Shown: positions 30,398 through 41,497, counted from the first letter of the stretch. The stretch: 64,000 nucleotides of DNA from Trueperaceae bacterium (GCA_965213705.1 OZ243913.1:3360001-3424000), one strand, 5' to 3'. A program made the numbers and translations. The notes: a model not told the origin generated them from the sequence alone.

Positions 30398-31084
30398 GTG
30401 ACCACCAGAGTAGCGAAAGTCAAAAAGACATCGTTGACTGAGCTAGTTGTAACCAATCTCAGGACCTCCATCGTCAGTGGAGCGTTGCCACCAGGAACGC
30501 ACTTGGCCGAAGCCCAGCTAACAAAGCAACTAGGTGTGAGTCGCGGCTCATTGCGTGAGGCTTTCGTGCAGCTCGAGGCCCAGGGACTCGTCGAGTCCTA
30601 TCCAGGTCGCGGTTCGTTTGTGACCGAACTTTTCGAAGACGACATCAGCGAAATCTACGCGCTCAGGCTCGTGCTGGAAAAAGAGGCAGTTCGTTTGTTC
30701 ACTCACCGGGCGAGCCCGGCAGAGGTAGCTACGCTGAAAAACTTGAGCGAAGACATGGTGGCGGCTGACATGGTTAAGGACACCGCGACCATCGTGCAGC
30801 TTAATCTCGAGTATCACAACCTTGTTTGGAAGGCTGCTGGCAACCAACGTCTATACGACCTGTTGCGGACGCTTTACGGGCAAGTTCAACTTTACTTAGC
30901 GTCGGCAATGCAGTTGCAATCGCAGGAAAAACGTTCACAAACGCTTCAGGAACACCGGGATTTGGTGGCGGCGGTGGCAGCGACCGAAACTGATAAGGCT
31001 GTAGCCATCATGCAGGTTCACCTTGAAGAAGCCGAGCGGCTTGTCAAATTATTTTTGTTGCAAAGTGGTCAACACGTCTCGTAA
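30398..31084 (+). CDS. GntR/FCD transcriptional regulator
   Basis: LGVSRGSLREA wHTH, FCD domain with EH motif; divergent from the operon. Confidence 0.92.
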   Translation: MTTRVAKVKKTSLTELVVTNLRTSIVSGALPPGTHLAEAQLTKQLGVSRGSLREAFVQLEAQGLVESYPGRGSFVTELFEDDISEIYALRLVLEKEAVRLFTHRASPAEVATLKNLSEDMVAADMVKDTATIVQLNLEYHNLVWKAAGNQRLYDLLRTLYGQVQLYLASAMQLQSQEKRSQTLQEHRDLVAAVAATETDKAVAIMQVHLEEAERLVKLFLLQSGQHVS

Positions 31085-31158
31085 CGGAAGCTACCCAGCC
31101 GAAATTTCGACCTTCGGCCCCTCAAGGCCCGTTGACCGGACGTGACGGTTCAGGTTGC

Positions 31159-31590
31159 TCACAAGCCCGTGGGTTCAGTCAAAAGGGTCTCGCTGCGCCC
31201 CCGCCTCCAGAAAGGCGCGACCACCCTGCCCTTTCGACGCGCGCGCAGAATCAGGAAAGACCCGGCCGTCAAACAGACGAGCGTAGCCACCACCGAGGCT
31301 TCCATCCCGAAAGCGCCACCCGAAAGAAGCGCAGGGCCTGTCAGCTCACCCTGTAAAAGCCCGTCGAAGGCGAAGCCGGAAATGGGACTGCCGAAGATGC
31401 CGCCTTGGGTAAAATTCCAAGCCACGTGAAGGCCGACGGCAAACCACAAACGCCGGGTGAGCATGTACACCGTAGCCAACAAAACGCCCGCCTCGAGCGC
31501 GATGGCTAGCGCGCCGACCAGGGTCGCGTTGGGATTGCCTAAGTGTGCAACCCCAAAAAACAACGCCGATAACAGCAGGGCCAGCCAACA
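31159..31590 (-). pseudogene. 3' remnant of a CPBP/Abi intramembrane protease cut by IS1
   Basis: SALFFGVAH, LWFAVGLHVAWNF, GGAFGMEAS; the 5' part is replaced by IS1 sequence. Confidence 0.85.
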
Positions 31591-32117
31591 AAAGCCGAGA
31601 CGACACTGCCGCTTAGGGCTACGCTCGTTGTTCCCAACAGCCCCAAAGCGGTGCAACTCGAACTCGACGAGCTGTGGTCGTTTGTGGGTCGTAAAGACAA
31701 CAAACGGTGGATTTGGTTGGCGCTCCGTAAACAGACTCGGCAGGTCGTCGCTTGTGTCATAGGTGGCCGTGGGGTTGTGCTACTTGCTGCAAACTGTGGG
31801 ACAACATCCCTGAGGCTTATAAACAAGGCATCTTGTTCAGTGACTTCTGGGAGGCTTACGAGCTAGTTCTCCCTGACGAACAACACCAAGCCGTCGGCAA
31901 AGATTCAGGTCTGAGCGCTCACGTTGAACGCTTCAACAACACCATCCGCCAGCGGACAGGCCCGGAAGGTGCCGTTTTGTCCAGGACAACGACTGGCTCG
32001 CTTTGTCAGAAAGACCTTGTTCTTCTCCAAGTCCGACTACATGCACCTGATTTTTTGCACCTGTTCTTAGTTCGCTACAACCTTGACATTGCTGGCAGTC
32101 TCAGATGAGCCACTACC
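31590..32117 (+). mobile_element. Partial IS1-family element (insB only, frameshifted)
   Basis: ELDELWSFV, SDFWEAY, HVERFNNTIRQR; right IR GAGCCACTACC; closely related to the intact copy at 45147. Confidence 0.9.
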
Positions 32118-32185
32118 GATAAATGTACAAAGAAGTCCACAACAAGTTGTTTGTGAAGTCCTCTTGCCCCGTACTTTAAGGAAAT

Positions 32186-32854
32186 TCAGGGCAGATGACT
32201 CGTACCCGAACGGTCAGCCTTCCCGGACAAATCGACCACGGTCAGTATGAGAAAAGCGCCGCCCAAAATCAGTAGAACGATGAGGGCAAGTTGGAACTCC
32301 CCAAGGATGTCATCACCCTCACGCGAGATGGTCGTGGCCGTCTCGACGTTCAACGCAATAAGGGCTTCTAACTGGCTACTCACCTCATCAAACAACTGCT
32401 GAGGACCTTGCCTAAGAACAGTTATAGCTTCCTGATTCTGGTTTTCTCTCGACAGGGCCAGAGCGCTCTGGCTCTCTTCAAGATAGCGAGTCCAGGAATT
32501 ACTGAAGGACTCATATAAGTCTTTTTCCTCTTCGGAGACGATGAGCGGTTCGTAACGCTGCTGCGCTTGCTCTAGTGAGCCGAGCGCCGAAGCCATTTCC
32601 TCTTCGTAACGCTGCATGTCCTTGTTTTCCAGGGAGAGCACGTGTTGCATGGCGGCTACCCGGTAGGCTAGCGTGTTCACTTCCATGCGACCAAGTAGCT
32701 GTGTACTGGGTAGCCAGTTAAGCTCTATTTGGGTGCTCGCCTCGTTGATCTGCCCTACGCGGCTCCAGGAGTAAAACGCGAAGACAGAGAGGCCAGTTAT
32801 CAGTAACCCCAGGGCGATGACTGACCTGTTGCTTATGCTGTAGGTCTTCTTCAT
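32186..32854 (-). CDS. Membrane protein with MCP-type four-helix-bundle sensor domain and no output domain
   Basis: TM, then NWLPS...YEPLIVSEEEKDLYESFSNSWTRY, then TM and a ~12-aa tail. Confidence 0.8.
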   Translation of the reverse strand: MKKTYSISNRSVIALGLLITGLSVFAFYSWSRVGQINEASTQIELNWLPSTQLLGRMEVNTLAYRVAAMQHVLSLENKDMQRYEEEMASALGSLEQAQQRYEPLIVSEEEKDLYESFSNSWTRYLEESQSALALSRENQNQEAITVLRQGPQQLFDEVSSQLEALIALNVETATTISREGDDILGEFQLALIVLLILGGAFLILTVVDLSGKADRSGTSHLP

Positions 32855-33000
32855 AGCTCGCTTTCTACTACCATTGGTTGAGCGGACGTAGCACACAGAA
32901 CACGGTGATGGAATAGGTTCTAAAAGAAACAAAGGTGTGAAGACTTTTTGTCATGTCTGCTAAGGTATAGCACACAGCCCCACCACGAACCGCGTCATGC

Positions 33001-33512
33001 CGGTCGTTTTAGGCTCGGGATAAACCGGGGGGCTCGAGCCTCTGTTTGACGCGGTTTTCTAAAGGCAATCTCAATACCCTTTTATGCTCACCTTAAAACC
33101 CGTCGAGAAAGGTCAGCAGAATCTCACCAAGCTGTTGCTAACGTCGTTTCAGGACAGTTGCTCTTTATCGCAGCAACTACGACGTCCACCTTCTCACGCA
33201 CCTCGGGCACCAGAAACTCGCCACTCATAAACTGATACGCGTGGTCTGAACAGGGGTTGGAGTCGTCGGCGTAGGTTCTGCCGGTCGTCACGTCGACATA
33301 AAGGCTGTAGTGGTAGACGGCGCTCACGTCCATAAAAGCTATATCGTCACCCGTAACGTCCATGACCGCTTCGGAATCGACCGCCCGGCACTCGCCCAAT
33401 TCGACGAAATAAAAGGCGAGGTAGGCGGGATGTTTTTCTAGCAGCAGACTCGGCCCCAGGACCAGTGGCTTTTCGGCTTTCCAAAGAGCCAGGTTGTGTT
33501 CCCTGCCGCGCC
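33001..33512. repeat. Copy A of a diverged ~0.5 kb direct repeat (gene 3' remnant plus downstream DNA)
   Basis: Aligns by eye with 52309-52866; both translate to GREHNLA..HPAYLAF..ELGECRAVDSEAVM..YSLYVDVTTG. Confidence 0.9.
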
Positions 33513-33841
33513 GCATTTACCGCCAAGCCCTCGAGTCTTTGACAACCACGGAGACCGATTCGTGAAAGTGTAAAAACACGTGAATCTTTTGCCCTAGCTC
33601 GATTTGGGTCATAGGGGATGATGGCAAAAAACAGTCATCCGGAACAGCCACCGGGGCCGATAGAAAAGGGTTTTACCGCACCAAGAACGTCAGGGAGATT
33701 GTTAGAAGGCCGGCCTAGCGTATGTAGGTCCTGGTGTTTTTCCTCAACCAAAGATGCTGTTTGCGTAAGTCTAAGATATAACAACCGCTAGTTGGGTCAA
33801 GCCGAACAGTTCCACAGGACCAAGACCCATATTCTCAAGCT

Positions 33842-34675
33842 ATGAAGCAGCTCGCAGCCGTGCAGGTCATCCGGGACATTCGGTACGGTGAGGCGGACGG
33901 TGTAGCCCTCTACCTCGACATCGTTCAGCCCTTGGCGCGCGGCGCGCGACCGCGTCCCGCCATCCTGGAAATCCACGGCGGCGGTTGGAGCAGCGGCGAG
34001 AAAAACCCGCAACACGTACTGAGCCTCGCCCAGGCCGGCTTCTTTTGCGTCAGCATCGACTACCGCCTTTCACCACAGCACCTTTTCCCCGCCCACCTGC
34101 ACGACTGCAAAGCGGCCGTGCGCTGGCTTCGCGTTCACGCCGCCGACCTCGGTATAGACGGTGAGCGCATCGGCGTGTGGGGCGGCTCGGCCGGGGGCCA
34201 TTTAGCAGCACTTTTAGGCACGTCTTACGATGTGCCCGAACTGGAAGGAAACAGCGGTTGGTCCGGTGTGAGCGCACGCGTCCAGGCCGTCGTGAGCGTT
34301 TGCGGTGCGTCCGACTTCTCACAAATCAGCCTGGAGCACCTCACCGCCAACCCCGTCCCTCTTTTCGGAGGACGTGTTCACGAACACCCTGAACTGGTGC
34401 AACTCGCTAACCCGATAGCCCACCTGCGCCCCGACGCCCCGCCCTTTTTGCTTTTTCACGGTGATGCCGACGAGTTATCGCCTTATGAACAATCTGTGCT
34501 GCTTAGAGAGGCGCTCGAGCACGCGGGCGTACCCGTTACCTTGCACACCGCCCACGGTGGCAAGCACGGCTTCACGCCCGCGTGGGACGAACGCATCGAC
34601 AAACTCCGTACGGCGTTTTTCAAAAAGCACTTGGGAGACCCTGAACAAGAGCCCGCTACCGCAGCAGCACGCTAA
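33842..34675 (+). CDS. Alpha/beta hydrolase (HSL/BD-FAE-like esterase)
   Basis: HGGGW, GGSAGG nucleophile motif, HGDAD, HGF. Confidence 0.92.
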   Translation: MKQLAAVQVIRDIRYGEADGVALYLDIVQPLARGARPRPAILEIHGGGWSSGEKNPQHVLSLAQAGFFCVSIDYRLSPQHLFPAHLHDCKAAVRWLRVHAADLGIDGERIGVWGGSAGGHLAALLGTSYDVPELEGNSGWSGVSARVQAVVSVCGASDFSQISLEHLTANPVPLFGGRVHEHPELVQLANPIAHLRPDAPPFLLFHGDADELSPYEQSVLLREALEHAGVPVTLHTAHGGKHGFTPAWDERIDKLRTAFFKKHLGDPEQEPATAAAR

Positions 34676-34779
34676 AAGGGGTTTGGGTCACAACACCAAA
34701 AAGTATGTTTCAAGAAGAAGCAGCCAACCCTGCAGGACAAGTAAGCAGACGGCGCGGCTGGAAAGGTAGGGTAGTTCTC

Positions 34780-34955
34780 ATGGCTAAGTCTGAGGTCCAT
34801 TTCGAAGTTGAACTGACCGACGCTCAAGCGTGGTACCTCGCCCAGTTCCTGAAGCGGGTCGGCTTCTTGGAATTCAACGTCGAGCGACAAATGAGGAAGC
34901 CTACGCGATGCAAGAGGCAGCGAGCGCTGGCCGAGGCGGGCTTCGACCTCCGTTG
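34780..34955 (+). pseudogene. Frameshifted small hypothetical protein of a type I associate with plasmids/ICEs
   Basis: ELTDAQAWYLAQFLKRVGF continues in other frames (ATNEEAYAMQEA, ALAEAGF). Confidence 0.5.
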
Positions 34956-35053
34956 CCACAAAGGTTTGTTCAACTTTGTGTCCTAATATCCTTTCCTTTT
35001 AATTTCCTCGGAATTAAATACGAGCAGAGCAAGAAGATGGGTAGTGCCTCACA

Positions 35054-35897
35054 GGTAATGGTTTAAACTGAAGCATGACCCCATGTTTAGAGTGTTACAG
35101 CGACCAAACCATCAAGAACAGCCATATCCACAACGGCAAACAGCGTGCGGATGCTACCACGCTCCTAGCGTTACTTGTGCAAAGACTGCGGCAGACAGTT
35201 TGTCTTGAACCCGACGAAGAAGATCGTCACTGAAAAAACCAAAGAGCGCATTGACAAGCTTCTACTGGAAAAGCTTCTTCTAGCCGGTATTGCCAGGGTT
35301 ATAGATGTCCCAGAAACATGGCTGCAAGCTTACGTGAACGAGAAGTACGAAGCTGTCGAAAAGCAAGTCCAGGTCAAAGCTAAAAAAGGGGGTTGACTAT
35401 CGAATGTGACGAACTGTGGTCGTTCGTCGGCAGCAAGCAAAATAAGCAGTGGGAAGAGCCCTCAGCAGGAGGTAGCATCTCGTTATTGACTGATGATACC
35501 AGCCGCTTAGGGCTGCTCTGGCTGGGAACTAGGCCCACCGGGCCGGGCTTTACCTGTTCTAGTGCAAGACCGAGCAACACGCGAAATCGTCGGTTGCTAT
35601 GTTGGCTCACGCAGCGAAGATGGTGCTATTGGTCTGTGGCAGAGTTTGCCGGACGGCTACCTCGACGCTGACACCTATGTTGACTTTTGGAGCGCCTATG
35701 ACGCTATCTTTTACGCTGGTAAGCTCTATCACGTCGGTAAAGCAAGCGGCCAAACCAACCACATCGAGCGCTTCAACAACACGCTAAGGCAGCGCTAGCT
35801 CGAGACTTGTCAGGAAAACCCTCTCTTTCTCCAAAAAGCTTGACAACCACGTCGGGGCTGTCTGGCTGTTCATTCACCACTACAACCAATCATTACC
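35054..35897 (+). mobile_element. Degenerate IS1-family element with internal micro-insertions
   Basis: IRs GGTAATGGTT / AATCATTACC; InsA zinc finger (GKQR-YLCKDCGRQF); AAAAAAG slippery site; InsB ECDELWSFV, HIERFNNTLRQR. Confidence 0.9.
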
Positions 35898-36152
35898 CTT
35901 TTAGGTCTACCTAAACTGTACAGAATATATTAAACCTCCTCAAAGTGTGAAATAAAAATAAAGTCGGCAGCTGAAAAAGGATGATTTGCCCTCTCTCATC
36001 ACGACTAGAAATTTCACGATTAAAATAAAGTTTGATGCTGAATACTCACTAATTTCTAATAAGGTTTGGAGGCAAAAATAATGTTGCAGGCTGTCCTCTC
36101 ATAAGCTTTTAATCTATTCTTCGACAAAACTGATGGCTGTTGTGATTTTGAG

Positions 36153-39100
36153 CTATGGATGATCCCGCACGTGCTCAAGCCACGCTAGGTAGAGAAGCTC
36201 TGTCTGTATGGTTGCTTGTTCAAGCTTAGCTAACCATTCGGGCATCGTAGCAAGCTCTACCATAATTTCATAATTTCCATCCTCCCCTTGATTTTCTTGA
36301 GGAAGCACGTTGGCGTGTAACTCAGCTAAAACTTTCATCGCTTCATCAAGGATGGGGTCGGGAACATCCAAAGAGTCGTAAAACTGAAGAAGCTCTGTTA
36401 TCTTATCCAAAATAGCCTGCAGAATACTGCCAACGAGTTCCATTTTCTTTTTGAAAAAGGGCTGCACTATCTCTCGCGCCCTTTCGTCAATCTCCTCCGC
36501 TAATTCTTCGTTGTCGAAACGCTTGAAGTCTGAAAGATGGGCGACTAACAGATATAAGTTCAGAATCAAACCGACTAGTTGTCTTGCTGCATCGAGGTGC
36601 ATATCTTGCCAGACCTCCAGATTCACGCGCCTCAAAAGGTCTGGCGAAAGAGGGTGAAACATCCTGTTCCACCAATCTTGTCCTTCAAATGAATTGCCGA
36701 CGAAGAGCCCATGACTCGAGATTCTTCTGGCTGCAGGCGAAATCAACTTGCCACCTACAAGGGGAAGGATACAAACCTGCTCACACAGTTGCTCGAGGAT
36801 GACCTGTTCGAGGCTTCCGTATTTGACTTCTCCGACTGCGCGTTGAATTGCGTCTAAGACCGTTTGGATGTCCTCATAAATTTCCAAGGGCTCGGAATCT
36901 ACAGTAATCCACAGGGAGGTTTGCTCTTCCCACCGCGCGGTGATCTCCAGCAAACCTGCATTGATGCCTCTCTTACTCAGCTTCTTCAGCGCTTTCTCAA
37001 TGGCCCTAAGTAGTCGTGGACCAATTCGCTCGGCACGAGCCTTAGCATCCTGTAGGGGCTCCTGAATACGCCGATTCGCATGATTGACTAACAGATGCCA
37101 GAGACACCATAAATTTTTGTAGGTCTCGGTTTCTTGTTTCTCTAGCTTTGTCAGTTCGCTTTCGCTAAAGAATTGGCCGAAGCGTGCCCTGAACTCAGTT
37201 TGGTAGGTTGGTAGGGCAAAGTAGGTGTCGTTAAGATTCATCAAGGAGGTGCTTCCGAGATCTGACCGAAGCTCGCTCCCACTGATTATTTGCTCGCGTT
37301 CCTCGGGACTCAATGCCGTTTCTCGAGCGCGAATAGTATTGACCTTAAAAACGCGAAGCGCTTGAGGTAAGAAGTTTTGGACACCGCGGGACAACTTCTT
37401 CTGATGTTCAAGGAATGGCTTTAGGCTACTTAAAGCGGCAGGAACGATCAATCTTTCTATAACTGTGTGCTCGCTGGCGACTCTCTTTGTCTTTTTTTCA
37501 ACCTTCGATTCACTTGTGAAGCCCCATTCATCCACCGCGGGTTTTGGTATTAAGGTTTCATTCCGTAACTGGTCAAGACATTTTTCCCATACTTCAAAGT
37601 CTACATAGGTGTTTAAATTAACGAGATTCTTCTTCCTAAAATGTTCCTCCACGGCTTTTTGGAGCATTTTGAAAACGCTGATTACGCTCTGCCGCAAGTC
37701 CCACTGTTTTAAGGCGTACTCTTTCCAGGTGTCCGGTCGATATTTGTACTCACCGAGATTGCTGTAGAGTTTGTTGACGTGGGTCGCCTTATCTGGAAGA
37801 AGATAATCAGTCGATATTTCTTTTATAGACTCGTCGTGGATAGGTTCCATCGAAGCCCACATGTGGCCGTAACCTCGGCAACCGTACGTGTCACGATCTG
37901 GAATGAGCTTGCGTAATAATCTCACGCGTTGCATGGCCTCACTGTGGACTATATTCTCTGGAGTAGACCTTTCAATGGGGAATTTCTCATCAGGTGCTTT
38001 AAGAAGGTCATAGACACTTGTGACGTTTTCGAATCCGGAAACTAACATAGCAATGTCAATAACGAAGTGAGATCGCATAGTCTCACCATCATCCTCGACA
38101 AGTACAGTTGTTGTTTCACTGCGAAATCGCCCCAAAAGTTCCGGTCGAACGCTTGAAAACCACACTTCGAATGAAGCACTGTACGAAAGCGCAAATGTTA
38201 CTTCTGAGAGGATTTCCAAGTCCAATGACACTGTTGCTGTCTGCAACAATTCTTTAGAAACAAAGTCAAAGGCGTCACCAACTTTCAAATATCCAAGCCA
38301 AAAACAAACAGTTGCAAAGTTCAACCACTCGAAATCAGATGATGGAGGCTGTATGGTGCTCGGCAACTGCCTAAGCCAATACTTCACGCCACCGAATACA
38401 GACTCAACATTTGTAAACCGCTCTTCTATTTCCCGCTTACTTTCTAAAAGCTCATCTGTCACTAGGCCTGTGTTAGCAAGGCGTTCTACCCAAGACAGGA
38501 GTTCCCCCTGCCAGACTTTTGTCAAGTCCACCTGTACTGTTATCCACCATGCTCTGTTGAAGCGTATGTAAGCATCATAAATAGCATCGCTGTTTTGCTC
38601 CACATATCCTTTTACAGATAACCAAAGCAAGGCATTCAGAACGCCAGCGATACCTGCCCAAGTCTGAGGAGTCATTGAAGACAAAACTGCGAGAATATGC
38701 GCCTCTGCGTCTTGATTTCTTGAAAACGCGAATAGTAGGAACGCTTCGAAGTCAGCTTCCACCGCCGTTCCAAGAACGGGATAAACACAACTTTCCCAAG
38801 GTTGCAAAACAGGATCTGTGAGTAGGCCCGCCAAAATCATAGAGTGTAGAGGATGCAAACCTTCTACATAGCGGCCGTCATTGCTCGTTCGTAAGAGGTA
38901 TTCCTTCTCGAATCGGTCAACTGATGCCTTTGGCGAGGGCAGCTTCAGTAGCGCGGCAAGCTTTGCCAAGCCGAGTTCCGTATGCTGAGGCGGCAGCAAC
39001 GATGCGCAACAGGCTGAGCTCACTTGGGGTGAGCTGTCCACCACGCACTTCATTTTCTAGTTGCTTGACTTGCTTACTTAACCGTTCATGCAAGGACTCG

Positions 39101-39597
39101 TTTTGGGTAGCGAGATACACAAACTCTAGGAGCGGCCCCGTTCCGCCAAACCTCTCCCAAGCCTCTTCAAAACTAAGCAAGTGTTCAGGTACTTTACGCG
39201 CAACTAAATCATTAAAGATTTGGTGCCCCTCATTTCGCTCAAAGCTCAGCTCTAAGGTCTCGGGTAACCCGAGCGCAGTGCTCGGTGTGTCGACGCGCTT
39301 GAAATCCTCTTCGCGCACAGTTATCAAAAGCTTTATATTCTGGTACTCGCTAAGCTCCTTGACAACCTGAACCCATAAGTTATTGCCTGGTTGTGCGTCA
39401 ATATAAACGTACATTTCTGTGCCGACCGCCTCAAAATGTCCTGACAGGGCTTGAGCAATTGTGAGTGCGTGATGCAAGTCTTCTATTGCAACAATTTCGA
39501 AGCGCGATGGTGAAGGAACAAAGTCACGCAGGAAGCGATAGGCCAAAGTTGATTTTCCTTGGCCTGATGCGCCATGAATAATAACAACATTTGTACT
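36153..39597 (-). pseudogene. 5'-truncated, frameshifted large P-loop (STAND-like) NTPase
   Basis: Walker A VIIHGASGQGKST near 39580, Walker B-like YVYIDA, LLITVREED, GPLLE; frameshift near 38975 joins the 209-aa and 966-aa ORFs; visibly AT-richer than the flanks. Confidence 0.75.
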
Positions 39598-39599
39598 TT

Positions 39600-40365
39600 T
39601 GAACTTCTGGTTTATCTCCTGCAGCCCGCGCGAGGCACTTTATGTGCTCGACGGTTTGCTCGAGAACAACACAATCTTACAGATTAAAGCGCACACCGCC
39701 GACACCCACGGTTACACCGAGATTATCTTCGCGCTCTGTCATTTGCTGGGATTTGACTTCATGCCGCGCATCCGTGACTTGAAAGACCAGCAGCTCTATA
39801 GACTCGATAGACAACATGACTACGGGGTTTTTGCACCGCTCCTGACCAAAACGGCGGACGCCGAAATTATCGAAGAGCAGTGGGAAGAAATGGTCCGTGT
39901 CGCCGTTTCCCTAAAAGAACGTACCTCGCCTGCGCACGTAGTGGTGCAGCGTTTGACGAACAGCTTTCTTGCTGACCGCTTGTCCAAGGCTTTCACCAAC
40001 TTAGGCATGTCATCAAAACGCAGTACATTCTTCGCTACCTGACCGACAAGAAATTACGGCAGACCGTTCAGCTTCAGCTCAACAAGGGTGAGTACCGCCA
40101 CAAGCTCGCCCGGCGCATCTTCTTTGCGGACCAGGGCGCGTTCGGTACCGGAGACTACAAGGAGATTATGAACAAGGCGAGTTGCCTCAGCCTCGTGTCC
40201 AACGCTATTCTCTACTGAAACACACTCAAAATAAACGAACTGGTTGAACAGTGGCGGGCACGGGGTGAGGTTATCGAAAACGACGTTCTGCAGCATGTTT
40301 CCTTGCTGCCTCACAAACACGTCGTGCCTAACGGGACGTACTTTATCGAAGACTATATGACCTGA
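39600..40365 (+). pseudogene. Tn3-family transposase C-terminal fragment
   Basis: DTHGYTE, FMPRIRDL, QLNKGE, L..NAILY.N; contains a frameshift and an internal stop. Confidence 0.9.
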
Positions 40366-40674
40366 CGATTCGACGGAAACCTATGGGTGTGAGGGTGTTT
40401 AAGAATCCATAACCGTAGGTTTCTGTTCAAATGCGCCCGCTGGTCCAACTGTCAAGCACGCTTTACCGCTTGACAGAGCGAACGCGGTTCTCCAGGTTCT
40501 GTGCTAAGGTTCTCGTGGCATTAAGCGGCTCAAAATGCAGGCACGCTCCAACTCGCCCGGAGGCGCGCAGCGGCGTCTTCGCGTCGGGTTCCTGACCTTT
40601 GCTTTTGACCTTGGCCGTGGCCACCAGCCATTACACGGTTTTTATAACTTGCCAGCAGCTCACGTGTTTTGTGC

Positions 40675-40850
40675 TTATAAAGCGACTGTTATGGCTCGTT
40701 TCCCAAGGGCCACGAAAGCGTCTTTGAGTTCCGGTGGCTCGAGCACGCTCGTGGTCACGGGAATGCCTAACAGGTAAAGCGCAATGCGATAGAACCAGTC
40801 AGGATGAGCCACAAATGTCATCAGCGCCCTGCCCTCTTGCACTTCGGAGC
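40675..40850 (-). pseudogene. C-terminal (WCX-like) remnant of a WYL regulator
   Basis: Translates to ..DWFYRIALYLLGIPVTTSVLEPPELKDAF.. Confidence 0.5.
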
Positions 40851-40895
40851 GAAGCTACCCCTTGAAAGAAAGTTTTCAAAGCCGCTGCGCACACC

Positions 40896-41285
40896 TCACC
40901 ACAGCACCGTAACCTCATAGTCGTCAAACAACTCGTCATTCGTCACCACCGCCACGTGTTCATGCTGCGCCTGGGCAACGAGCATTCGGTCAAAGGGGTC
41001 GCGGTGATGCAGCGGCAACGCACCTGCGGCAAGCGCATGTTCGGGGCTGATGGGCAGCACGGTCGCTCGCAGCCGTTTCAGGTGACTGGGAAAGTCTTCA
41101 AGGACCGCGCTGGCACTCGTGAGTTTGCCGAGCTTGTGTTTGATGCTCAGTTCCCAGGCGCTGGCGCTGCTGACCAAAAGCACCGTCTCGGGGTCTTGAA
41201 CCGTCCCTAAAGCAGCCGCGCTCAACTTGTGCGGTTCCAGTAAACTCCACAGCAGCGCGTTGGTGTCGAGTAAAACCGTTACCAC
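40896..41285 (-). CDS. vapC: VapC/PIN-domain toxin
   Basis: LLDTNALLW, SAWELSIK, HRDPFDRMLVAQA. Confidence 0.93.
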   Translation of the reverse strand: MVTVLLDTNALLWSLLEPHKLSAAALGTVQDPETVLLVSSASAWELSIKHKLGKLTSASAVLEDFPSHLKRLRATVLPISPEHALAAGALPLHHRDPFDRMLVAQAQHEHVAVVTNDELFDDYEVTVLW

Positions 41286-41497
41286 GCGTCGAGTTCGTCC
41301 TCGGGCAAAGGCTCGAAGAAGCTCTCGGGCACCGTACCTGCGACAAAGCCGAGTTCACGTGTACCTTGCGCCAAGGGCACCAACCGGGCGTAGGGTTTGC
41401 CCGCTTTGGCGAGGATAATCTCCTCGCCGTTCTTGACCCGCTCGAGCAGTCTGGACAAATGGGTTTTGGCCTCGTGGATGTTGACGACGGTGGACAT
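41279..41497 (-). CDS. Phd/YefM family antitoxin
   Basis: VNIHEAKTHLSRLLERV..GEEIILAKAGKP; overlaps vapC. Confidence 0.93.
   Translation of the reverse strand: MSTVVNIHEAKTHLSRLLERVKNGEEIILAKAGKPYARLVPLAQGTRELGFVAGTVPESFFEPLPEDELDAW

Noticed and set aside
31958..31972. GGCCCGGAAGG resembling the SRP RNA domain IV loop
   Set aside because: Lacks the following AGCAG motif and long stem; lies inside an IS relic
40432..40440. TGCGCCCGC matching the tRNA-Trp 3' end as a possible attR
   Set aside because: Only 9 bp in GC-rich DNA; more plausibly part of a degenerate Tn3 terminal repeat
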